From an uncultured virus (IMG/VR IMGVR_UViG_3300021560_000017) (Duplodnaviria; Heunggongvirae; Uroviricota; Caudoviricetes), in IMG/VR virus record IMGVR_UViG_3300021560_000017: a stretch of DNA of 20,000 bases; one strand, 5' to 3'. The position numbers and the translations under genes were made by a program. The notes under the pieces were generated by a model, which worked only from the letters and a program-made list of their open reading frames with translations, was not told where the DNA came from and searched no databases. Of this stretch, positions 1 through 9,500 are shown piece by piece. Position 1 is the stretch's first letter. Every line of letters begins with the position of its first letter.

Positions 1-189
1 GTCTACTCAGCGGACAATTTCATCGATACGGACGTAGTGACGCTGAAATACACTGGAAACGACATCAAGTCGATAGCCAACGTCGCGATGGATGCTTGGC
101 CTGCTCCAGTAACCGTCCCGCTCGTCAACGTTGCCGCGCCGAGTGCGCAGGGCGGCGGCGGAGGTCTGTTCAATCATTATCTGGACTAA
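1..189 (+). CDS. 3' end of a tail/structural protein (5'-truncated), paralogous to the C-terminus of the next gene
   Basis: Frame 1 is open from base 1 to TAA at 187-189 (VYSADNFIDTDVVTLKYTGNDIKSIANVAMDAWPAPVTVPLVNVAAPSAQGGGGGLFNHYLD*). Its stop lies 2 nt before the next ATG. VTLKYTGNDIKSIANVA matches VTVQYTGNDLKSISNIA in the next gene. Not in the ORF track. Confidence 0.8.
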   Translation, partial: VYSADNFIDTDVVTLKYTGNDIKSIANVAMDAWPAPVTVPLVNVAAPSAQGGGGGLFNHYLD

Positions 190-191
190 AC

Positions 192-1346
192 ATGGCAGTA
201 CCTGAAACAAACGCGCCTTTCCCGATCATCCTGATCCATGCCACGCTTCCAGCTGGAGCGACCTACAATCCGCAAAGCTACCTGAACGCGGTTGTCGAGC
301 GGCTATTGATGAACACCAACGGAGGATTGGCATTCGGCCAGTTGGGTGGCGGCAAGCCTCAAGGCGTAATGCCAGAGGATGGATTGTGGTTTGGCGATCC
401 CTACGGCAACACTGGTGTATTCCAGAAATGGAACTCTGACCTCGGCCAATACATCCCCGCGCTGATGGCTTGCGGTCAGTACGTCGATGACAACGTGCGG
501 GAAAGCTCGTTCATATGCGGGGCGACAAAGAACCAAAAGATCATAACGCCAGACAAGGCGGGCACGATGATGCTTTTGGATGACGATCCGCAAAACCTCG
601 GCCTGCAGACATTCGGCGGCAGCACATCAATCCATCCCGACTGGACTACCCATCAGGCAGTCTATTTCACATTGGATGCGACTGCGCCAGCGGACACTTC
701 TTTCACGATCAATGCTGATCCCAATGCCAAGGACGGGCAGACGCTGGATTTCTTCATCGAGACTCCAGCGATGGTTCCATTTGGGACAGGCCACGCGTTT
801 CATCTCACTTGGCCGTACGTCCTATGGAATAACGGCTTGGCAGCTGGAGCTACAGATCCGAGTCCAATAGTAGACGTCAACACCCGCGTGCTCGACCACT
901 TCCAGCTTCATCAGGTTGGCAACATCCTCTGGGGCGAGGTCATCGGCAAGAACTACCAGATAGCTACAGGCACCCATCTGGTCATCGTGACGTTCTTGGA
1001 AGCCAATGCGCTGGTCGGCTCGAACAGGATCGACGTTAACATGAGCGGGAACTTGACGGGCGGCACTTTGGATAAGACCAAGTGGATCGTGATGAAAAAC
1101 GGGAACGCTCAGAATGTGCTCGATGCCACGGCAAACGGCGATTTCGTTTTCATCCATATCGACAACGCTTTAAAGCGCGGGAATCAGGTCACCGTTCAGT
1201 ACACTGGCAACGATTTGAAATCGATCTCCAACATTGCGGTTGCGCCATTTGGGCCTGTGGATGTGACGGTTGAAACCACCAATGGAGGAGTCCACGGCCC
1301 GGGCACCAACGGAGGGCCGACACACATTCCGATAAACCCACCATGA
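192..1346 (+). CDS. Putative tail/tail-fibre-type virion protein with a C-terminal Ig-like (SwmB-like) beta domain
   Basis: The start is reassigned from 96 to ATG 192 (MAVPETNAP), directly after the upstream stop. The protein is beta-strand-like and rich in G/T/N/V. The C-terminal ~100 aa (IDVNMSGNL..WIVMKNG..VTVQYTG..VAPF) resembles SwmB-type Ig repeats. It lies upstream of the GNAT/ejection block. Confidence 0.6.
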   Translation: MAVPETNAPFPIILIHATLPAGATYNPQSYLNAVVERLLMNTNGGLAFGQLGGGKPQGVMPEDGLWFGDPYGNTGVFQKWNSDLGQYIPALMACGQYVDDNVRESSFICGATKNQKIITPDKAGTMMLLDDDPQNLGLQTFGGSTSIHPDWTTHQAVYFTLDATAPADTSFTINADPNAKDGQTLDFFIETPAMVPFGTGHAFHLTWPYVLWNNGLAAGATDPSPIVDVNTRVLDHFQLHQVGNILWGEVIGKNYQIATGTHLVIVTFLEANALVGSNRIDVNMSGNLTGGTLDKTKWIVMKNGNAQNVLDATANGDFVFIHIDNALKRGNQVTVQYTGNDLKSISNIAVAPFGPVDVTVETTNGGVHGPGTNGGPTHIPINPP

Positions 1347-1738
1347 GAGAGCACTTGAAATTTGGGCTGATAAAGACCGAGGAAGAGTTCAAAGAGCTGC
1401 AGCGCTTTGCTCAATCGTTCGATCACGAGGTTGGGCGCGACGCGATCCCGCCAATCTTCACTATCGAGCGCGGCGAGCACATGGTCGGTTACTACAACGT
1501 GATCCAGCATCCGATTGTGTGCCCAGCGATGAATCCTGCCGTCACCACTCCACGCGAATTTTTTGAAACGCTGATGTTCCTGAAGAACCATTACTGCCTC
1601 AACTCGATCAACGGGAAGTTCCCGCATGGCATGGGGCTGATGGCGGTGCAGACGAAGCTGCCACAGCATTTAAAAAATGCGTTTGAACGGGCAGGGTTCA
1701 GGAACACGAAAAAAGAAATCTGGCAGGCGCTACCTTAA
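1343..1738 (+). CDS. GNAT-fold acetyltransferase-like phage protein
   Basis: 131 aa with an ATGA overlap with the upstream gene. It has a GNAT-like beta hairpin (IFTIERGEHMVGYY) and the C-terminal motif LKNAFERAGFRNT, similar to the GNAT 'fYeklGF' motif. Small GNAT-like genes commonly sit between tail and ejection genes in podoviruses. Confidence 0.55.
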   Translation: MREHLKFGLIKTEEEFKELQRFAQSFDHEVGRDAIPPIFTIERGEHMVGYYNVIQHPIVCPAMNPAVTTPREFFETLMFLKNHYCLNSINGKFPHGMGLMAVQTKLPQHLKNAFERAGFRNTKKEIWQALP

Positions 1739-1742
1739 AATT

Positions 1743-2369
1743 ATGGGCAGTCTCTTTGGCGGCGGTGGCGGGAGCGTTCAATCTCCCAAGGCACCCAAGC
1801 CGATTCAGCTCGATGTAAACCAGCTGGAGCAGAATGCAGTCGCTGCAGATCAGGCTGGCTACGCTCAGGCCGACCAATACATGCAGCAGTATTACCCTGC
1901 CCTGTGGGACGCACAGCAGTCGATGATAAAGCAGGCTTACGAGGGGATCACTGGGCCTACTCCGCCCGCGCTGGAGAACACGTTTATGAACGCCGCCAAC
2001 ATGCAGTCGATGTCGGCGCTGGGCGGCGGCGATCAGAGTTTCGGGCTCGGTAAAGGCAGTCTGGCGCGCAACGCTGCCGCAGCTAACGTCGCGTCGAACG
2101 AGCAGGGCTATCGGGACTATAGCAGAGGGGTATTCGAGCAGCTCAACGCGCAGTTTGCGCCGCGCACGTTTGGGCTCACGCCAGAGGATGCTGCGAACGT
2201 CTTCACATTCAACAACAACCAGTACAATAACTACTTGGAGCAGCAATACGCGCTGCGGACTAACACCTACTTCCAGAACCAAGGACTGGCGGCAGGACAG
2301 AGCGCGGCAGGCACAGGAATGCTGACGAGTCTCGCTGGATCGGTGATATCAGGGCTCATTATTTACTAA
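1743..2369 (+). CDS. Putative internal virion/DNA-ejection (pilot-like) protein 1, with Gly-rich N-terminus
   Basis: The start is reassigned from 1677 to ATG 1743 (MGSLFGGGGGSVQSPKAPK), 4 nt after the upstream stop. It is A/Q/N/G-rich and helical-looking, with a hydrophobic Gly/Ala C-terminus (GMLTSLAGSVISGLIIY). It is paralogous to 3152..3988. Confidence 0.65.
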   Translation: MGSLFGGGGGSVQSPKAPKPIQLDVNQLEQNAVAADQAGYAQADQYMQQYYPALWDAQQSMIKQAYEGITGPTPPALENTFMNAANMQSMSALGGGDQSFGLGKGSLARNAAAANVASNEQGYRDYSRGVFEQLNAQFAPRTFGLTPEDAANVFTFNNNQYNNYLEQQYALRTNTYFQNQGLAAGQSAAGTGMLTSLAGSVISGLIIY

Positions 2370-2370
2370 A

Positions 2371-3147
2371 ATGATGACAAAACTGGAACAAACGACTGCA
2401 AGGCTGAGCGAATGGTTCGAGAGATTCGACCATCCAGTGGTGATGTGCTCCTTCGGTAAGGACTCGATGGTCATGCTGTTCATCATTTTGAGAGTGATGG
2501 AGAAAAAACTGCCAGTGATATACCATTCCAACCCGTGGCAGCCGTGGAAGAACGACTGGGCGTGGAAGATGATCAAGGAATGGCAGCTTGAGGTCTACGA
2601 TCCGCCACCGTACGCAAGCGGGATCAAGGTCAAAGAGGATCGGATCGAGATAGTCCACTGCTACCAGATCCGTGGGCACCCGCTTTATCTGCCTGTTAAC
2701 ATTTTGTCGCCTAACGGGCACTCGATGTGCGGGCTGAAGATGCTGGAGCGGCCGAAAGGAGTGATGGATTACCCGTGGAACCTGATCCTGATCGGCCACA
2801 AATCGTGTGACGTCGATCCGTTTGACGGTCATATACCGCTCAAGATGGATCTGATCGAGCTGGAAGGCGCGCCGACCGTCGCTTTCCCGTTGCGTGAGTG
2901 GTCAGACGAAGAGCTGTGGGACTACATCGAAGCTCATCGGATACCGATCCAGTACGGGACGCGCTACATCGACCGCAAGGAGATCGAATACAAGGAATTT
3001 AACCCTGACTACATCGAATCATGCACGGCATGCATCGATCCGCGCAACCCAGCGAAGGTTCATTGTCCGTTGGTGAACCGCGAGATTGATAATGTGTCTG
3101 GAAGGGTGCCAAGATTTGAAGGCAAGCCAAGTTACATAGGAGAATAA
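2371..3147 (+). CDS. PAPS-reductase-family / PP-loop adenine-nucleotide alpha-hydrolase-like protein
   Basis: PP-loop VVMCSFGKDSMVML (SFGKDS at 2449-2466), LILIGHK strand, the family motif FPLREWSDEELWDYIEAHRIP, and C-terminal CTAC...C. It lacks the C-terminal ECG(L/I)H of true CysH. Confidence 0.85.
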   Translation: MMTKLEQTTARLSEWFERFDHPVVMCSFGKDSMVMLFIILRVMEKKLPVIYHSNPWQPWKNDWAWKMIKEWQLEVYDPPPYASGIKVKEDRIEIVHCYQIRGHPLYLPVNILSPNGHSMCGLKMLERPKGVMDYPWNLILIGHKSCDVDPFDGHIPLKMDLIELEGAPTVAFPLREWSDEELWDYIEAHRIPIQYGTRYIDRKEIEYKEFNPDYIESCTACIDPRNPAKVHCPLVNREIDNVSGRVPRFEGKPSYIGE

Positions 3148-3151
3148 CAAG

Positions 3152-3988
3152 ATGGGTTCAATGTTTGGAGGAGGAGGTGGCGGCGGAAGCCCGCCTAGCC
3201 CGCCAAAACTGCGGCAGGTAGACACGAGTGTCGGCGGCCCGCTCTGGACTACGGCAGCCGACTTCGGACAGCAGTGGGCTAATTTGATGCGTGGCAGTTA
3301 CGGATTAGGCCAGAGCACTGGGCCCGCGAGCTGGGAGGCGCAATACCTCGGCCCGGGCGCGCTCGCCATGATGGGGCAGGCGCGGCAGATGACCAACGCG
3401 CCCGGGACAATGCCAGAGATCCAAAACATTCTGAACACGGGGTTCGGCAAGCCAGAAACTGTCGGCGGCGTTCCGCAAGCTGGCTCCAAAGGCCGCGAAT
3501 GGAACCTCGGAATGAGCCCTTTTGAGGTGTCACAGCAACTGGGCCAGCAATACAAAGCGCCATACGGCCAGCTGGAGCGTGCGCAGGGACTGGATCTCGC
3601 GCTGACAAAGCAATGGCAACCTCCAAATCTCACGTTGAGCGGCGCGGATCTGACGAACGTTGCGATGGGACAGGCGGCCGTGAACCAGCAGCTGCAACAG
3701 CAAGCGTTGCAAGCCGCGCTGGCTGGTTCAAACGCGGCCGCGTCAGCGCAGGCAGCCGCACAGGCGTCCGAGTTTGGAGCGCTCGGAAAAGCAGGCTCAG
3801 GCGTCATCAACGCGTTCTTTCAAGGCAGCCCAGACCTAACATCAGGCGGCTATTACCAGCCCAGCATGTTTGGCGCTTTATTCGGCGGCGGCGGGAGCCC
3901 AGAGGGAATCGGCGGTGCCTACGACCCGGGCGTCGCCGACGCAGCTGCTGGCGGCGGCGGTAGCTTTCTTGGAACAGGAGGAGGATAA
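3152..3988 (+). CDS. Putative internal virion/DNA-ejection protein 2, with Gly-rich N-terminus
   Basis: 278 aa starting MGSMFGGGGGGGSPPSPPK. It has a Q/A-rich helix and a Gly-rich hydrophobic C-terminus, and shares several blocks with 1743..2369. Confidence 0.65.
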   Translation: MGSMFGGGGGGGSPPSPPKLRQVDTSVGGPLWTTAADFGQQWANLMRGSYGLGQSTGPASWEAQYLGPGALAMMGQARQMTNAPGTMPEIQNILNTGFGKPETVGGVPQAGSKGREWNLGMSPFEVSQQLGQQYKAPYGQLERAQGLDLALTKQWQPPNLTLSGADLTNVAMGQAAVNQQLQQQALQAALAGSNAAASAQAAAQASEFGALGKAGSGVINAFFQGSPDLTSGGYYQPSMFGALFGGGGSPEGIGGAYDPGVADAAAGGGGSFLGTGGG

Positions 3989-3991
3989 ACT

Positions 3992-4684
3992 ATGCCATTT
4001 GATGTGTTACCCAGTCATCACCTGATCATGCCAGCGGTCAGGTTCCCCGAAATTCCTTGGGGCGAATACGCACGGCTTGCATCCGAAAACGCGTGGAAAA
4101 AATACCAAGTCTTAATGAACGGGCTCGACGTCGTTCTGAAGGCGGCCGATCCAATGAACATCGCTGATCGGCGGCTGAAGATGTTGCAATACCAGTACCA
4201 ATCGCAGCTGATGCCGATGGAGATCCAGCATTACAGGGAAACAGGATTTCCGATGCCGAAAAACGCGGCAGAAGCGATGTCCCAGCAGCAGTGGCTGAAC
4301 AACGAAAGGCAGAGGCAATTCTTCAACGGCTACTCAGGTCGCGGCGGTAGCGCTGGCGATGTTGGGCATTACGCGGCCGATTCAGGCGACGGAGTGGACA
4401 TTAAGAACCAGCAGACGGGAGAGGTCAGCAGGGTGGACGGTAACACGATGGTGACAGTCGGCAGGCCAACTGCCGAAGACGTGCAGGCAGGCCCGACAAC
4501 GATCCACGGCCAGCCTGTTACCAGAACGGAGGTGGTGCCGACTGACACGGGCGAGTACAGGCAGATCCAGTACGGCCCGGGCTCTGGCGAAGGCACAGTC
4601 AATCCCGTGGACATTGGCGCGCCAGCCGCTGGCAGTTCGATTGTTGGCGGTGGCGATCAGTATGACGACACAGGAGGCCCATAA
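3992..4684 (+). CDS. Hypothetical protein, probable ejection/internal virion protein
   Basis: 230 aa, tightly coupled to both neighbours (3 nt and 0 nt gaps). The N-half is Q-rich and helical; the C-half is G/T/D-rich. The function is inferred from position only. Confidence 0.55.
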   Translation: MPFDVLPSHHLIMPAVRFPEIPWGEYARLASENAWKKYQVLMNGLDVVLKAADPMNIADRRLKMLQYQYQSQLMPMEIQHYRETGFPMPKNAAEAMSQQQWLNNERQRQFFNGYSGRGGSAGDVGHYAADSGDGVDIKNQQTGEVSRVDGNTMVTVGRPTAEDVQAGPTTIHGQPVTRTEVVPTDTGEYRQIQYGPGSGEGTVNPVDIGAPAAGSSIVGGGDQYDDTGGP

Positions 4685-6565
4685 ATGAATGGAGACGACG
4701 TAGCAGTACAAGAACCGTTGCAGGGGATTCAAGGCAACGTGGATTTGCCAGAACCGCAACCAGAGCAGCGACGTGGGCGCGGTGAAGGCCCGACGGCCGA
4801 CATCAACCTTGAGTATTATGGCAGGAATTTCGGTGAAATGAATCACGCCGCGAACAACGGCCCAGACGGATCGCCGCTCGAAGATTATCACGTCGCCATC
4901 AGCCCAAACGTCGCGAACGATCTCGGTCTGAAGCTCCACGACTGGGTATGGGTGGGGCCGCAGCTGCGCCAGTATGGTGACGTCAGCGCTATTGCGAACA
5001 AACAGGGCGGTTTCGACCGTTACACACACAACACCGTCGAGGTGCGCGATTACGCAGCCGACGGGAAGACGACGCTCCGAAAGGCGACGCCGAAAGAGGT
5101 TGAAGAGTACGCTCCACGAGGCGGAGGCGGCATGGATCTAAGCAGCCGTCCTTCCGCGCAGATGGCGTCGATGATGACTGGCAAAGCCCCGTCGCAGATC
5201 ACTGCCGAAGATGTCAACAATTTCATTCAGCCGCAGATCGAGGGAATGAGTCGGGGACTGCTGGCTGGTGACATGACCGCAGCGGCGCTTCAGGGCGCTC
5301 AGGATCAGGGCGATCAGCCGTCGTTCATGCAGCCCGCCGAGGAGCCGGGCGCAATGGACGTGGCATCGAGCGGCATGGGCGGCGGCATGGATCTCATGGG
5401 AACTGGCGCTGGCGGCGGCGACATCATCAGCACCGATAGCGGCGGCCTAGTGCCTAATCCTGCTCACGCACAGCTAACGAACGTCAATAAAGCAACTGGT
5501 GCACGGGACTTCAATGGGGGCGCGCAAGTAGAAGGTGGACTCACTTATCATCCGAACACCGACACACTGGAATGGACAATCGGCGGCCGCCGTTTCATCA
5601 AGACTGGTGAGTACGGGAAAGTAATTAGTGCTCCGTCGGCGAAGATCGTACGTAACCCAGACACGGGCGAATACTATAATATGGCTACGGGCGTGCCCGT
5701 GAAGGTGCAGCTGCCCGGGCAGTCGCCAGCCTACAACGAGAACCTCACTCCAGAGGCGAACCTGAACCAGCTCTCACCGCAGGATCGGATGACAGTGCAG
5801 ATGTTTTCCACGTACCAACTGCCGCTGACCACGCGCTACGGCCGCATGAATCCTGAGTTTGCAAGATTGCGGCCCTACATCCAAGCTGCTAACCCGCACA
5901 TCGATCCGCGCACCTACCAGATCCAGCAGCAGACCATGATGCAGATGGCCAGCGGCCAGAACGGTTCCGTCGGCCAGCGGCTCAACTCGTGGAATCAATC
6001 GCTCATTCACGCGGGTGCACTCTGGCGTTTGTCGCAGGCGCTTCCAGAAGGGCCACTGCCAAAAGCGAACAGCGTCTGGAACTGGTTAAAGACCAACACT
6101 GGCTCTGAGCAGCAGACCAACTGGGAAACGGGCGCGCAACTGTTTGCTACAGAAGTCTCGCGCGCGTTCCAAGGTGGTGTTCCTGCGCAATCGGAGATCC
6201 AGCACATCATGGATCAACTGAAGGCGTCTGGTTCAAAGGCGCAGCTGCAGGGTAACATCAAGGATGTCATGGCGAAGTTCATCGAGGGCGGACTGGAAAG
6301 CATCAACTACGGCTACCAGCGCAACATGGGCAGCCGTTACGAGAATCTGATCTCGCCGCAAGCCGCAGCATCACTCAGCGAATTCGGCTACAAGAAGTTT
6401 GCCGACAGGGATCTGGCTCCAATCATGGGGAAAGCCGCGCCGAACCCAGCAGAGCAGCGTGCCGTTGATACCATCAACGCTCACAACCAGAAATACCCGA
6501 AAGATCAGATTGAAATGACCCCAGAGAACATTAAGAAGTTGATGTTGATGCAACAAAGGCAATGA
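4685..6565 (+). CDS. Putative DNA-ejection protein with an N-terminal DPBB/3D-like cell-wall-lytic domain
   Basis: 626 aa. Residues ~40-122 (YYG..GPDGSPLEDYHVAISPNVANDLGLKLHDWVWV..YGDVS..NTVEV) follow the double-psi beta-barrel pattern of 3D/RlpA domains. A low-complexity linker follows, then a helical C-terminal domain resembling podoviral DNA-transfer proteins. Confidence 0.55.
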   Translation: MNGDDVAVQEPLQGIQGNVDLPEPQPEQRRGRGEGPTADINLEYYGRNFGEMNHAANNGPDGSPLEDYHVAISPNVANDLGLKLHDWVWVGPQLRQYGDVSAIANKQGGFDRYTHNTVEVRDYAADGKTTLRKATPKEVEEYAPRGGGGMDLSSRPSAQMASMMTGKAPSQITAEDVNNFIQPQIEGMSRGLLAGDMTAAALQGAQDQGDQPSFMQPAEEPGAMDVASSGMGGGMDLMGTGAGGGDIISTDSGGLVPNPAHAQLTNVNKATGARDFNGGAQVEGGLTYHPNTDTLEWTIGGRRFIKTGEYGKVISAPSAKIVRNPDTGEYYNMATGVPVKVQLPGQSPAYNENLTPEANLNQLSPQDRMTVQMFSTYQLPLTTRYGRMNPEFARLRPYIQAANPHIDPRTYQIQQQTMMQMASGQNGSVGQRLNSWNQSLIHAGALWRLSQALPEGPLPKANSVWNWLKTNTGSEQQTNWETGAQLFATEVSRAFQGGVPAQSEIQHIMDQLKASGSKAQLQGNIKDVMAKFIEGGLESINYGYQRNMGSRYENLISPQAAASLSEFGYKKFADRDLAPIMGKAAPNPAEQRAVDTINAHNQKYPKDQIEMTPENIKKLMLMQQRQ

Positions 6566-6566
6566 G

Positions 6567-9500
6567 ATGCCTGAGCCTGATCTATCGACGCTTTCGCGGG
6601 TGCCAACTGCTGGGGCGACTCCGCCAGTAGCGCCCCCTCCGACTCCGCCACCCGATCAGACAGCGCAGATTCCAGAAGACGATCTGAGTAACCTGACGCG
6701 GGAGCCAGACGTCAGTGGCCTAACGAGAGCGCCGAAGTCCGAAGAGCAGCTCAGGGACGACGCCTCGCATTTTCTCGGTCTGGTGCAGGAAGGCAGGCTG
6801 AACCTCGGCGACAATCTGCCCCAAGCAGGCCAGAATTTTAACGAAACGTGGAATCAAGTTAAACATTACTGGGGCACTCCCACCAGTTACGAATCGATGC
6901 TCGACGCTGAGCGGCAACTCGTAGGGCCAAAGGAAGGCAGGCATCGAGACTGGTTGGATCGCCAGTGGGAAGACGTCATATCACAGCTTCCGCAGATCGC
7001 TGGTCAGAAGATGCACGATCTTTATGACTGGACGATCAATCAGGAATACGAGAAGGCCAAGGCTGGTGGCTGGACGCCTTATCTGGAACAGAAGTATCAG
7101 GAAGCAAAGCAGGCATTGACGGCCCCCGCCGCGCAGCCGGGCGAACGGTTCCAGCCGGGCGCGCCCCTCGTCACTGGAGCGGCAAAATTCATCGGCGGCA
7201 CGGCGGCGAACGCGATGGCTGCGTTCAACAACATGGTGGAGACACCGCCCGGGATGTGGGGCCGACCAGACTCTCCAGAGGAATGGAAAAAATACGAGGA
7301 GAATCAGGCCGAGAACAACGCGACGGCCGACTGGTTCAATGACAGGATCGGCAGGGCATCCTACGCTGCGGCGAAATCCACAGGCCAAGATCCAGACTCC
7401 CTTTGGTACAAGACATGGGAGCAGATCCCAGCGTTCACGGTTCCAGTTCCAATTGAGTTCGCTAAATCTGAGAGGGTGGCTGCCGCCGTCTCGCGCATGG
7501 CGCAGAAAGGCATTCCCGTAGCAAAGGTCGCCGCCGCGTATTCACCTGAGTTAATCGCTTCTGGTAGTCTGGTGCACACGGCAGCCACTGCACTGGGAGT
7601 TCCAACCAGCTTGCTCGGCTGGGGCGAAAGACTCGCTGGTGGTACTACGGTTTTTAAAACTTCGACCAGCATGACCGACACGCTGATCAAGAAGCTCACT
7701 GGGCTCGACCGACCGACATTAGCCAAGAACATGCTCTACATGCTGCAGGCGCCGGGCGGTGTGCGCTCTGGCGAATGGATGCTGGAGCAAACCTCCAAAG
7801 AGATCGACGGGCTGAAGGCCGAGGCCCAGCACATGATGAGCAAGCTCGATGACAACGATCTTGCGGATATCGCCATGAAAGGGCCAGACGGCAACCCGCT
7901 TTATTCAGCCAACGATCTCAAGGGTGACGCCAAAGCAGTCAAGCTGAAGCTAGAAAAGATCGATGATCTGACTGACAAACTGGACGAGATCAATAACCAG
8001 CTCAATTACCACAATCACAGGAACGAGGTTGCTTCTTTCATGGGTAACATGATTGGCAACACCACGACTGCCGCTCTCGTCGGAGGTGCATTTGGAGCGG
8101 TTAATGCGCCGACTGGTCAGGCTGGTCAGGGATTCTTCGAAGGTGCGGTTAATACCGCAGCAATCGGCGCGGCGTTCTCGCCTTTCGCTTCTGTCGCTGG
8201 AATGCACGATCTGCGGCTCAAATACGGCAAGCGCATGCTGATCCAGATGGGCTCACGCGGCTTCGATATGTCGTCACTGGCTGGAGTCCATCCTTACTGG
8301 GCAGATCAAGTCTTGATGGCAAACGGCTACGCTCACTCAATGGATGGCAGAATCAGGGTGATCGATCCAGCAACGCAGCCCAACGTGATTCCGACGTCCC
8401 CGATGATGACGCCAGAAGGAGTCAGGCAGATGCCAGCAAATGGTTTCATCTCCACCGACGGCAAAACGCTTTATCTTAACAAGAACGCTCTCGGTCAGGG
8501 CACGGCTTACCACGAGCTGTCGCACCTGTTACAGCGTTACACTGGCCAGATGCTCAGGATGCATGCGCCAGACATCATGTTGCCATTCGAGGAAGCGTAC
8601 GCCGAGGCGTCAGGCGATCCGAAGTTCAGCATCCATGAAGATCCTGAAACGGTGCAGAAGGAGATGGACGCTGAAATCGGCAGGATCGTGATGCAGCACA
8701 CGCCAATTGAAACGTTTTTCGGCGGCGAACATCTGGGGGATGTGATGTCCCGAAAACTGAAGAGCGGCGATATGTTTGGCAAGATCGGCCGCGCCGTCGT
8801 CAACTACCTCAATCCCGACAAGATCAAGTATGACGAGAAGCTGAATGCTCCTTACACACGGGAGCAGGTTGATCAGATGAGGCAGGCGTTGTTTGAGATG
8901 GGTAAGCGAGCGCAGGCGCGACAATACCTTGGGCCACCGATAGAGTATCCAGAGGGCCGAGGCCCGTGGCCGCCAGAACGTGAGGAACCCACCCCTGCAG
9001 GGCCGCCAGTCACAGGCGGCAAACCTGAAGTTCCTTCACCAGAAGTTCCTGAAGCGCCGCAGCACCCTGACTACCAAGCTGAATACGACAAGGGCGCAGC
9101 GGCGGAACAGGCGCGGCAAGCGAATCCCAATACCAAGAAGGCACAGGCGGCGATAGATCGCGCTGGGATCGAGGCGGCCGCCAAGGCGCACAGGGCAGTG
9201 GTTGGCGATGATTCAGATCTGGTCAGCTGGTATGAGCCGACGAAGACGATTGCTGGGATGCGGGGTGACTTTGAGAACGATCCGTTTCACCAGATGCTGG
9301 TTCAACACGCGCAGGAGAATCCTGACTTTCAGAGCAATCCGAAGGCGATAGAAAATCTAAACAATCTTGAGGCCGCCCTTCAAGGGGGCCGCGCCGTAAC
9401 AGTCGATTACTCGCATGCCCCGGGTAGAATTGGCGGCACTCGTCAGGAGCGGGAGGCGGCGCGCCGCGCCGCAGAAGCTCCAGCAAGAGTGGCAGGCGAG

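Noticed and set aside
96..191. N-terminal extension of the 416-aa ORF
   Set aside because: It overlaps the real upstream gene in frame 1. ATG 192 directly follows that gene's stop.
1677..1742. N-terminal extension of the 230-aa ORF
   Set aside because: It overlaps the GNAT-like gene. ATG 1743 gives a leader matching the paralogue at 3152.
2371..3147. Calling the gene cysH (auxiliary sulfate assimilation)
   Set aside because: The catalytic C-terminal ECG(L/I)H motif is missing and the context is structural, so only a family-level call is supported.
3167..3187. GGA/GGC/GGT triplet runs (also near 151-165, 1758-1772 and 3949-3985)
   Set aside because: They encode poly-Gly with mixed codons, so they are not microsatellites or CRISPR repeats.
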